DNA of 64,000 nt, from contig DAHVQG010000009.1 of the NCBI GenBank assembly GCA_027317865.1, positions 32,001 to 96,000 on the forward strand, read 5' to 3'. How positions within the stretch are numbered: position 1 is the first letter of the stretch; each line of letters opens with the position of its first letter. Position numbers and translations under genes: made by a program. The notes under the pieces were generated by a model. That model made no database searches. It was not told where the DNA came from and was given only the letters and a program-made list of their open reading frames with translations. Positions 1-8,888 of the stretch are shown here, in pieces. The stretch comes from Bdellovibrionales bacterium. GTDB taxonomy: Bacteria > Bdellovibrionota > Bdellovibrionia > Bdellovibrionales > UBA1609.

Positions 1-1344
1 AACGGAGCGGACCAATACGACCCAAGTGAACTACCGGTAATTGCGGCTCTTCGCGGCAAATATGTTAACGATGAGATCGTTATATTGCGCCGTAAGGGGA
101 TTCCAGACAAAGTTCTTTCAATAAGTGCGCGGCCGGCCAGAGATGTTTCTGGCAATATTATTGGATCTGTCGCTGCTTTTATAGATAAAACCGAATACAT
201 TAATGTGAGGAATCAGTTGGAGCATGCTCGTCGTAGCGAATCCATCGGCCGCCTAGTTGGCGGCATTGCTCACGATTTTAATAATATGCTGAATACGGTT
301 TTGCTTGCAGCCAATAACGCGATTGAACAACTTGATATCGACAATCCAGCTTATGATGATTTAAAGCTTATACTCGACGTTAGTGAGCGTTCAGCTGCGT
401 TGACGAAACAACTTTTGGCCTTTGGTCGCCGACAGGTCATACAACCAAAAATTGTCGACCTGTCGGAGCTCATTAAAAAAAATCTTGAGATGTTGAAACG
501 TTTGGTCGGTGAAAATGTAACTATTAAGTTGATTCAAGGGCCAACAACGGTATCGGCGTCGGTCGACCCCACAATGCTTGAACAAATAATGCTAAATCTC
601 TGTGTTAATGCGCGGGATGCTATGCCAAAAGGCGGTACGATTACAATTGAAACGGACATTGTTGAACTGGATGAGAAATATGTAAGTCAGCATTCGCAGG
701 TTAAAACCGGTCGTTACGCCGCCTTGGTTGTAACGGACGATGGCCAAGGGATTTCTAAAGAATATCTTGATAAGATTTTCGATCCATTTTTTACGACTAA
801 AAAAGACGGCACCGGGCTTGGGCTTGCGACAGTTCAGGGTATTGTCGAGCAAAGTAACGCGCACATTTGGGTTTATAGCGAAGTAGGAAGTGGGACGACA
901 TTTAAAATATATTTCCCATACGTGCCGGTGACAATATCTGAGAAACAGGCGAATTCATTAAAGGCAGACAGTCGCGGCGGTGATGAAACAATTTTAGTTG
1001 TTGAAGATGATCCTTATCTTCGGCTGATTGTTGAAAAAATATTGAGATCGCGCGGATATAATGTGCTCATTGCAGATGGCGGGCCAAGGGCACTGCAACT
1101 TGCCGAAAGCGCAAAAGGGCCCATAGACCTTCTTGTAACAGATGTAATTATGCCAGGTATGAACGGGAAGGAGTTAGCGGAAACACTTGCCAGGAAATTC
1201 GCGAATTTAAAGATTATTTTTACTTCCGGCTATTCCGAAAACATTATTGTCAACCACGGGATATTGGATGCCGGCGTAAATTATTTGCAGAAACCAGTTT
1301 CAGAAAATATCCTCTTGCAAAAAATAAGAATGGTGTTGACCTAA
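1..1344 (+). CDS. Hybrid sensor histidine kinase/response regulator (PAS-HisKA-HATPase-REC), 5' truncated by window edge
   Basis: Frame open from base 1; H-box GGIAHDFNN, N-box NLCVNARDAM, G-boxes DDGQG/FFTTK/GTGLGL, receiver VVEDD...LVTDVIMPGMNG...KP. Confidence 0.95.
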   Translation, partial: NGADQYDPSELPVIAALRGKYVNDEIVILRRKGIPDKVLSISARPARDVSGNIIGSVAAFIDKTEYINVRNQLEHARRSESIGRLVGGIAHDFNNMLNTVLLAANNAIEQLDIDNPAYDDLKLILDVSERSAALTKQLLAFGRRQVIQPKIVDLSELIKKNLEMLKRLVGENVTIKLIQGPTTVSASVDPTMLEQIMLNLCVNARDAMPKGGTITIETDIVELDEKYVSQHSQVKTGRYAALVVTDDGQGISKEYLDKIFDPFFTTKKDGTGLGLATVQGIVEQSNAHIWVYSEVGSGTTFKIYFPYVPVTISEKQANSLKADSRGGDETILVVEDDPYLRLIVEKILRSRGYNVLIADGGPRALQLAESAKGPIDLLVTDVIMPGMNGKELAETLARKFANLKIIFTSGYSENIIVNHGILDAGVNYLQKPVSENILLQKIRMVLT

Positions 1345-1419
1345 TGCGTTTAAAATTCGCATTTTTAAATTGCGGCAAGCCCATTCGCGCAAATTCACCT
1401 GATTTATTAAAATAGAACA

Positions 1420-2277
1420 CTACTTATTGCGATTCGGGTTTGCCTGCCAAACACGTACCCAAGAAACGGTCATGCCGGTTCGACTATGAGTTCGATTTCC
1501 ATAGCCGTTTGGTGGAATAGCCCCCGCCCAATCATGATTTTCAACTTCGCATGACAAGTATAAAAATTCATGTGTTTTTGAAACGGGGTTGGTGCGAGCA
1601 GGGCGATTTACGACTTTGCGGCCGTCTACGTAAAACTGATACCCGGCGGCTATCCAAAGCAGGCCATAGGTGTGAAAGTGCCCCTGACAACTTTTGCCAT
1701 CGGGGGGTGGCACCAACTGAGAGCGAATGTCCTTTTCATATTTACCGTAACCGTTCCAGTGGAGCGCACCCATTCGCGTTGATTTTTGAATTGAAATACC
1801 ACGTGCGTTGACAAAGCGGTGCTCGGCAATATCGATTTCCATTCCGGCCGTTGCCGGATCACCAACGGGGTGACCATTTGTCGGCGATTGTAGCCAAAAT
1901 GCGCACCATTCACCAGGTGAGTCGTGAAATTTGATGCGCGCTTCATAAAAGCCGAACTTCGGCTCAAACAGCTTACGTGTACTGATAAAACCAGTATAGT
2001 TTACGGCATTTTTGCTATAGGTTATGATTCGAAGCCCATTTGAAACCGATACCGCTGTCGCCACGTCATGAGCATCGCCGCGTACGCGAATAAGCGGCCG
2101 CCATTTTTTAGAATTGAGTTTGTGGCCGCGAAAAGTATCTTGCCAAATAAGCCGATAATTTTGGGGGAGTGTAATCGACGGGCGTACGGGTTCGTTCTTA
2201 TTCGGAAACATCGAGCAGGCGGAACAAAAAAGAGCGAGAAACAAATAAGTATAACTTGAGGAGAATCGCATCCGCAA
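1420..2277 (-). CDS. Glycoside hydrolase family 16 lipoprotein
   Basis: Lipobox CSAC; catalytic EIDIAE; YEARIK, WCAFWL, FHTYGLLW, FYVDG, VSWVRVWQ motifs. Confidence 0.9.
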   Translation of the reverse strand: MRMRFSSSYTYLFLALFCSACSMFPNKNEPVRPSITLPQNYRLIWQDTFRGHKLNSKKWRPLIRVRGDAHDVATAVSVSNGLRIITYSKNAVNYTGFISTRKLFEPKFGFYEARIKFHDSPGEWCAFWLQSPTNGHPVGDPATAGMEIDIAEHRFVNARGISIQKSTRMGALHWNGYGKYEKDIRSQLVPPPDGKSCQGHFHTYGLLWIAAGYQFYVDGRKVVNRPARTNPVSKTHEFLYLSCEVENHDWAGAIPPNGYGNRTHSRTGMTVSWVRVWQANPNRNK

Positions 2278-2420
2278 ATAATTGTGCGCTTCAAGTTAGA
2301 GAGAAGCAACCGCGAAGGGCCGGCCTAAAGTCTGCGTTCGATTGACGTGGCCGTCACTTCGTTTGCTATCATAAAATGAGACCACGTGAACTATAATAAG
2401 CCCGCAACGGGAGGCCCTGG

Positions 2421-2990
2421 ATGAAAAAGTTAGTGTTTGTGTGTTTTTCGGCTCTTCTATTTTCAGCCGTGGCGAATGCGGGCATCCTCATTGAACCATT
2501 TGTCGGGTATTCAACAGGTAGTGGTAAAGCCAGCGGGAATGCAAGTGGGATTTCTTATTCGACTACTGACACAGAAAATGGCGCGATTTTCGGCGCGCGG
2601 GCAGGTTATTCGTTCGCATTGTTGTCGTTTGGCGCTGAATATGAGGGCGGTAGTTTGGCGGCCAATAGCAAGGTGAATATCAGTGGTGTACAAACCACAG
2701 TCACCGGTACCTCAACAATGACTAACCTTGGCGCATTTGCCGAGATTAATCTTCCGATCATCGACGGTTATGTTGGGTACTTTCCGTCGGCGCAAGCCAC
2801 CAGTAGTGGCACGACGAATTCGGGCTCCGCATTTCAAATTGGAATCGGATACAAAATGCTCCCGCTCATTAACGTCAATCTTGAATATTTAAATAGTTCG
2901 TACAATAAAACGAACGACTCCTCGACGACTGGTTATAGTGCTTCAGGTTCGCTATATATTCTTAGTGTGAGTTTGCCGATTAACATCTAA
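2421..2990 (+). CDS. Outer-membrane beta-barrel (porin-like) protein
   Basis: Signal peptide ending ANA; IEPFVGY, GARAGY, alternating amphipathic strands, C-terminal LSVSLPINI; SD GGAGG. Confidence 0.8.
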   Translation: MKKLVFVCFSALLFSAVANAGILIEPFVGYSTGSGKASGNASGISYSTTDTENGAIFGARAGYSFALLSFGAEYEGGSLAANSKVNISGVQTTVTGTSTMTNLGAFAEINLPIIDGYVGYFPSAQATSSGTTNSGSAFQIGIGYKMLPLINVNLEYLNSSYNKTNDSSTTGYSASGSLYILSVSLPINI

Positions 2991-3121
2991 AGCGCGGCAC
3001 TGTTCTTCAGATTATTGGCAATTAATTCATGTCTGCAAGACTGACTATTGACCGGCGATGAGCGGGCACGCTAAGCCGTTATGTGAATTTGGGGGGTAAT
3101 GTGTCATATATAAATATAAAT

Positions 3122-4036
3122 ATGAATCGAAAAAAACTGTGCAAAATAGTGAATTTTGTATTGGTCATCTTTGGGTTTTTAACTTCATTTATTTCGACGA
3201 CGGTTTTTGCTCTTAGTTTCGGAAAACCAATCAGCAAGAATAATCCGGAGTTATTGTCGACGGTAATGGTAGCGACTGAAATTGCGCCGCCGCGGGGTGA
3301 GCTGTGCACGGGAGTTCTAATCAGCGAAACCACCGTTGTGACGGCGTCGCATTGTTTTGTAAATTACAATAATCCGGCAAGCGATCCTAATAAAACATCG
3401 GCGACGGTTTCTCTGCTGAATCAAAAAGGCCAAATTCTTGAAAGTATCCCTTCAGTGGGAGTGATTGTTTATCCGCACGCCAACGGTGAGCAGTTGCAAT
3501 TGGAATCAAAAATGCAAATCGCAACGATGGCTCAAAACAACGCGGCGACCTATTCGGATTTTCAGAAAATTTCTCTCGTCGGTTTTGAATTGGGTCTTCA
3601 TGATGTCGCGATTGTTCGCCTCGCCCACTCATTTAAGGTTCCGCATCAGGCAGTGAAAATTTACGATGGGCCGCTAAAAGTTGGAGACACTTTACATTTT
3701 GCTGGGTACGGGGAATTGATATATAACGAGGCGCCAAAAAAGGATACACCCGCCCAGATCGCGGATTTTAGAATTTTAAGAATAGCAAAAAATGGTTTGG
3801 TTTTGAAAGCACGCGGGAAGACAAAGCCAATGCCCGGCGATTCAGGCGGCCCGATGTACATATACAAAAACAATCAGCCTATGGTCGCGGCCATTAATGT
3901 TGATGCGAAATTAATTTTATCCAAAGTTCAATGGCAGAATCTTTATTCATTGGATTCAAACTTATTAGACGGATATTCGATATCAATGTTGTTGGGCAAA
4001 TTTGCGTCGTTTTTGCAGCCTTTTACCCGCAATTAG
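3122..4036 (+). CDS. Secreted trypsin-like (S1) serine protease
   Basis: CTGVLI..VVTASHC, HDVAIV, GDSGGP; signal peptide; ATG 3122 preferred over GTG 3083. Confidence 0.9.
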   Translation: MNRKKLCKIVNFVLVIFGFLTSFISTTVFALSFGKPISKNNPELLSTVMVATEIAPPRGELCTGVLISETTVVTASHCFVNYNNPASDPNKTSATVSLLNQKGQILESIPSVGVIVYPHANGEQLQLESKMQIATMAQNNAATYSDFQKISLVGFELGLHDVAIVRLAHSFKVPHQAVKIYDGPLKVGDTLHFAGYGELIYNEAPKKDTPAQIADFRILRIAKNGLVLKARGKTKPMPGDSGGPMYIYKNNQPMVAAINVDAKLILSKVQWQNLYSLDSNLLDGYSISMLLGKFASFLQPFTRN

Positions 4037-5173
4037 CATTTTTTTAATTAATTGTTCAACCCACGTAGGGCCATAAGCGGTAATAAAACCCCAATGGCCG
4101 CCGTCACGCGTACCGAGCGTTTCGATATTCGGATTGTGTAAACTGTTGTTTTGTATTGTCTTGAACGCTCCGAATGCAACGATCGGATCGTCCTGAGCTT
4201 GAACAATGAGCACTGGGATGTGAATGTGATTGATTCCTTGCAGACCTACGGTGGAACTCGTCTGTACATATTGGGCGACCGATTTGAGCGAAATTTTCGG
4301 ATTCCACGGGAATTTTTTAATTGATTCACCCTTAAGAAATGATATTCGCTTTTTAAAACCATTGTAAAAAAATCCGCCGACATTTTGCCATGGTGACGGG
4401 AAGGAATATTTACTTTTCGTTCCGTAAAATGTTGAGCCTAAATGTATTGTTTCTAGAGCAGCCTCCAAAATAATTTTACCACCTTCAGAGAGCCGTGTGC
4501 GGTCCGGCAATCCAAGAAGTGGATGCCCAAAAGCAGTCAGAACGGCTTGAGTCGAAGCCTCCTCATTTAAAGCACCGCTAAATATAGCGGCAGACGAAAA
4601 AAAATTATATTTGAGTCGTGCAGCTTCAATCAACGCCTGCAAAACGGCGTTGCCGCCCAAGCTCACGCCCATCAAATGTAGCGACGAATACTTTATTCCG
4701 TACTGAGGCAAAATGCTGGCAAGCTCGACGAGTGACCGTCCTTCGTCGTAACCGCCGATGTCGATATTATGATTTAATTTATAAAAACTTTCGCTGACCC
4801 CGCCGTCAACGATCAAAACACTGGCGTGAAGTTTATCCGGTTTTACAATAAAGCGGATAAAGCTCGGGGCCGGATTTGACAACGAGTCGGCTAGTACCCC
4901 GAAATTGGCTATGATAAGCGGATCGGTTTGCGGATGGTTACTTTCAAAAAGAAGTCCACCCAATTTTGTTCCGTCTGGGAGAGCAAATATTCGTCGTTCA
5001 CCCAAAAAGCGGGCATGCGAAAATCCCAATACAAAGCCCAGAAAGGTCTGCCCGATGCCGCCGACGATATTTATGAAAAAAGAAGGGCCAGGGTGCGGTG
5101 GACTCTTAATCTCAATTCCAGCGCCTTTTGTAGATGCAATGCAGATCACTAAAATTAAAATGACGAATTTCAT
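3983..5173 (-). CDS. Alpha/beta-fold hydrolase (YheT-like), secreted
   Basis: GVSLGG nucleophile elbow, PVLIVQAQDDPIV (Asp), GGHWGF (His). Confidence 0.85.
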   Translation of the reverse strand: MKFVILILVICIASTKGAGIEIKSPPHPGPSFFINIVGGIGQTFLGFVLGFSHARFLGERRIFALPDGTKLGGLLFESNHPQTDPLIIANFGVLADSLSNPAPSFIRFIVKPDKLHASVLIVDGGVSESFYKLNHNIDIGGYDEGRSLVELASILPQYGIKYSSLHLMGVSLGGNAVLQALIEAARLKYNFFSSAAIFSGALNEEASTQAVLTAFGHPLLGLPDRTRLSEGGKIILEAALETIHLGSTFYGTKSKYSFPSPWQNVGGFFYNGFKKRISFLKGESIKKFPWNPKISLKSVAQYVQTSSTVGLQGINHIHIPVLIVQAQDDPIVAFGAFKTIQNNSLHNPNIETLGTRDGGHWGFITAYGPTWVEQLIKKMLIAGKRLQKRRKFAQQH

Positions 5174-5471
5174 TTCACTAGCGGCGTCTACGGCCAGGGT
5201 TTCGAGCGGATTGAAAAGCCGCGTGTATCAGCAAACTTCTTTGGCGGTCAAGGTGAGTTCTTAAAATATGTTGAACAGGGGTTCTGGCATTAAATTCCAT
5301 TAGAATTTGCTTGTGAGTGCTATTCGCGCTCGCCGGATGCGAAGTTTAAGAAAAATTAAGTATTTGCCTTTTAAACGCTTCTTTTCGTTACGTTATAACC
5401 ATTTTCTAACTTGAACAGTTCAGTGCAATAAGGGTAGTTGGTAGCCCTCACCTTCAACCAAGGGGTTCGAT

Positions 5472-6143
5472 ATGCGACGCATTTTGCCTTTCATTTTCTT
5501 TTTTAGTTTTTTGTTCTTGGCTCTTCAGGTGCAGGCCGCCAGTTTTGTTTATGAGGGGCAAATCAGTGGTAAGACCCAAGATCCGTGGACTTTGAGCCCC
5601 GGTAATCTGCTTCAAAATACCTACGCTGTGGTTGTTACAATTGAATCTCCCCTGGTGACACCCTTAAATATCAAATCAAAATACGAAGTCGACCCCTGCT
5701 ACAACCATTTTTGCAATGGTAACAATAACGATTATTCGGCTTTGCCGCCAATGTGGGTCACAAACGAAACGGCTCATTTGGGTACGCTCAATGCGCAAGT
5801 GTGGCAGCTAAAGCCAAATGGTAAACGGGTTCTTGTTGCGGAGAAAAGTACCAAAATTTCGGTTTACGGCTTTCAACCCGGCAAAGACGTCATTCAATTT
5901 GGCCGTGTGAATTTTTATGTTAATTCTGAAGTCGACGTTCATTTGCCGACGGTGGGTGAGCTTCAAGTGTTTGGCTACTTCGGCCATGAAACGACTCCGC
6001 TTATGGTATCGGGAACCAATGTTAACCCGGTCATTTCAATGAGCGAAATGCCTGAAGCGATGAAACCGACCTGGCAAATCATTTCACAAAGCAGAAATCA
6101 GCACTTCTATGCCGGCACGCTGGTTCTTCATAGAGTGCAGTAA
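5472..6143 (+). CDS. Secreted hypothetical protein
   Basis: Signal peptide ending VQA, SD AGGGG, 223-aa ORF; no recognised motif. Confidence 0.75.
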   Translation: MRRILPFIFFFSFLFLALQVQAASFVYEGQISGKTQDPWTLSPGNLLQNTYAVVVTIESPLVTPLNIKSKYEVDPCYNHFCNGNNNDYSALPPMWVTNETAHLGTLNAQVWQLKPNGKRVLVAEKSTKISVYGFQPGKDVIQFGRVNFYVNSEVDVHLPTVGELQVFGYFGHETTPLMVSGTNVNPVISMSEMPEAMKPTWQIISQSRNQHFYAGTLVLHRVQ

Positions 6144-6175
6144 AAGCGGTAAGCGTCAATTGTACAGGGCGCCCT

Positions 6176-7018
6176 TCAATTGTATAGGGTGCCATTGCAG
6201 TAAATTAATCCGAACGAGCCTTGCGTGCAAATTACAACTGTGAGCTGGGCTTGCGCGCTGACCGTTCCTGCTGGATTGCTCACGGCCACGGAATATGTTC
6301 CTTCTTGAGATGACGAGGTCATTGCAAACGAGTAGGTGGCTGCATTTGCGCCGGAAATTGCACTTCCGTTATGGTACCACTGGTAGGACAAATTACTACC
6401 AGAGACTTGTACTGAAAATGTAACTTTGTTTGACGATGTTTGGCCAACCATATACGTCGAGGCAAAGTTATTGACCGTCACATTTGCCGGGCCAACTGTT
6501 ATGACCGGCGGCGGAACTGTCGGCGCCGGCTGGTTAACAATAATCGAAAACGATTCGTTAATCGAACCCGCTGAATTGCTAATCGTGACCGAGTAATTGC
6601 CGGCATCTGCTCCCACAACATTTGCAATACTCAACTGGTCGCCAGTGGAACTGAATGCATAGCCGTTCGCACCCGAAGTGAGCGCTTGACCGTTGTCGTA
6701 CCATTGATAGGTGAGCCCGCTGCCATTTGCGGTTGCTTGAACAACTAAGCTTTGCCCGGCGGTAACGGTGTAATTGGCTGAAACCGGTTGTGCGACAGTC
6801 GGTGGTGGGATCTGGTTTTGTGGCGTATTCGATGGGGTACCGGTTGAGGCCGAACTTGTGGAGCCAGAACCGCTCGAACTCTGCTGCTGACTATACTGCG
6901 GTAAATTTGGATTCTTTGCGCAGTTTTGAAATAGCAGGCCAACCGAAATAAACGCTATTAAAAAAACCAAAACTCGTATCATTTTGGTACATTTCACGGC
7001 ATTCCCCCTTTTACCCAT
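6176..7018 (-). CDS. Lipoprotein with two immunoglobulin (I-set-like) domains
   Basis: LLFQNC lipobox-like motif, S/T/P/Q linker, two YQWY..G...D/E.G.YSV..SN.AG repeats; true start may be a downstream GTG/ATG. Confidence 0.85.
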   Translation of the reverse strand: MGKRGNAVKCTKMIRVLVFLIAFISVGLLFQNCAKNPNLPQYSQQQSSSGSGSTSSASTGTPSNTPQNQIPPPTVAQPVSANYTVTAGQSLVVQATANGSGLTYQWYDNGQALTSGANGYAFSSTGDQLSIANVVGADAGNYSVTISNSAGSINESFSIIVNQPAPTVPPPVITVGPANVTVNNFASTYMVGQTSSNKVTFSVQVSGSNLSYQWYHNGSAISGANAATYSFAMTSSSQEGTYSVAVSNPAGTVSAQAQLTVVICTQGSFGLIYCNGTLYN

Positions 7019-7030
7019 TAATATTTTTAT

Positions 7031-7045
7031 GCATGGTTCGGGCCA
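7031..7045 (-). promoter_or_regulatory. Possible sigma54 promoter
   Basis: TGGCCC-N5-ATGC just upstream of the Ig lipoprotein (imperfect -24/-12). Confidence 0.35.
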
Positions 7046-7148
7046 GGCCAGCCCTATTTTAACGCGATCTTGGTGTCGAAAGCCTTAACAATTGACCAGT
7101 AATTGATAACTTTGAGCCTACGTTTAAGGCTCGCGTTTAAGCTATGTT

Positions 7149-7859
7149 TCAACTCGCCGGTATTTTTGAATATCCCGCGAGGTAAATGCGGATCTGTTGC
7201 AATACCGTTTGCATATCTTCGAGTGTGGGCGTGTCATAATGCGTAAAATTTAAATATTTTTTCTGGGGCCCGTACACAAAACGGTTTGTAAAATATATTT
7301 TATTTATAACAGTATTGGGGTTTTTCTTCACGAGAGCCAGCCAACCTGCGTAACTCACAAGCTTCTTCGAAAGAAACGGGTCGATAATATACGGGCGCAC
7401 CGCACCGGACACTTTCACCACTATCAGAGGGGCAACGTGAAATAACCAGAACGATTCGCCCCAGTGAGAGGTGTTATAAATTTGCCCTTTGACAAAAACT
7501 TTGCCGGCAATGACGCCGATTTGTTCTAGAAAAATATCGGCCATTTCAGCTTTTGCATAACATCCGTCGGGATAGTCCCACGGAATCTCGGGGTCGGTTG
7601 CAACTTCGTGATAAAGAGCCTGGGCCGTCTGAAGTGAAACTGCGGTCAATTTTGGAGGATATTTTAAGCTGGCGAGCGGCTTGCCCACCGCTACAGAGGG
7701 AGCAAAAGTTAAAATACCGGCGCTAACGAGTCCAAAGATAGAAATGAAACCGAGTGCTAAAACTAGATTTACACTTTTCAACCCGGCCCCCCTTGAGACA
7801 TTTTTTATCCCAAGTATTTGTATCGATAATATGGCAGGCCTCGACATGACAAGCTGCAA
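7149..7859 (-). CDS. Protein-glutamine glutaminase family (papain-like Cys-His-Asp)
   Basis: PDGCYAKA, WLFHVAP, YIIDP motifs; N-terminal hydrophobic segment. Confidence 0.8.
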   Translation of the reverse strand: MQLVMSRPAILSIQILGIKNVSRGAGLKSVNLVLALGFISIFGLVSAGILTFAPSVAVGKPLASLKYPPKLTAVSLQTAQALYHEVATDPEIPWDYPDGCYAKAEMADIFLEQIGVIAGKVFVKGQIYNTSHWGESFWLFHVAPLIVVKVSGAVRPYIIDPFLSKKLVSYAGWLALVKKNPNTVINKIYFTNRFVYGPQKKYLNFTHYDTPTLEDMQTVLQQIRIYLAGYSKIPAS

Positions 7860-7975
7860 GCTGAAATGGTGTAGTTATTTCAGTTATTGAGCGACTCCAC
7901 AACTTGCGATTGTTGAACGTTAGGGTCAATGTTAAATCGTTTTTGCGTTAGGGTTCTATCGTTATGGGGGGATAA

Positions 7976-8869
7976 TTGAAATATCTAATTTTTACCTTTG
8001 TACTCGTGTCCGCCTCTTTATCGAGAGCTGTAGTAGGCGGAAAAGCCGTCAATGACATCGCAATTATCAAAGCACTCGGCCTAAGTTACAGCTCTTATCG
8101 AAATGATTTAGACACCCCAGCAATACCGATTGGCCCGCGTGTGGCGATCACGTGCGGGCACTGTGTATCGGGTGGCAACCCCATGGGCACTGCTGGTGAT
8201 GTTGGCGCGCAAATTGTGTACCCGCCGCAAATGAAAAAAGATACCGACGAAACGGCTGAAGCGTACAGTAAACTGCCGGCCGGAACGTATGGTCTGCCGT
8301 TTTTTGAGAAGGCGAATTTTTCTTACGATCTGGCTCTAGTCATTCTAAATAAGGGCGAACATTACCGAAGGCCCTATATGTCCATCGGTAGAAAACAAGT
8401 AAGCCTTCACGAGAAACTCATTTTTCTTGGCAAGGGATTGAACGCTTCGATAACGAATCAATTTTGTGGCGGTTACATTAGCAATTCGCATTGGTTTGCC
8501 GTTGCTCCGTTTAAAGTTCTTGATTTCTACAGTCAGAAGGTGGGTTTTATTTTAACGGGTAAACCCGCTGCCACTTGCCCTTATGATTCGGGCGGATATT
8601 ATTTTCGCGCCGAACCGGATGGTACAATTAAACTCGTTGGGATTAATAGCTGGGGTACACAAAACGGAACGCAACTCGTATCACGGTTCGGAGCTGTGAG
8701 GAATCTTCAAGGTTTTTTAAGCGGCGCTGACGATTTAACTTCGCCGCTAATTCGCGAATGGATGAGTAAGGTAATTGCCGGCAAAGGTGCTCACGTGTGC
8801 GGATTAAACAAAGTTTGTGGGCCGATACCTTCGCCATTTTCAAATACTATTACGGATGCGAAATTATAA
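7976..8869 (+). CDS. Secreted trypsin-like (S1) serine protease
   Basis: Signal peptide then VVGG; ITCGHC, YDLALV, CPYDSGG, LVGINSWG. Confidence 0.85.
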   Translation: MKYLIFTFVLVSASLSRAVVGGKAVNDIAIIKALGLSYSSYRNDLDTPAIPIGPRVAITCGHCVSGGNPMGTAGDVGAQIVYPPQMKKDTDETAEAYSKLPAGTYGLPFFEKANFSYDLALVILNKGEHYRRPYMSIGRKQVSLHEKLIFLGKGLNASITNQFCGGYISNSHWFAVAPFKVLDFYSQKVGFILTGKPAATCPYDSGGYYFRAEPDGTIKLVGINSWGTQNGTQLVSRFGAVRNLQGFLSGADDLTSPLIREWMSKVIAGKGAHVCGLNKVCGPIPSPFSNTITDAKL

Positions 8870-8888
8870 AACATATTGGGTGGGGCAA

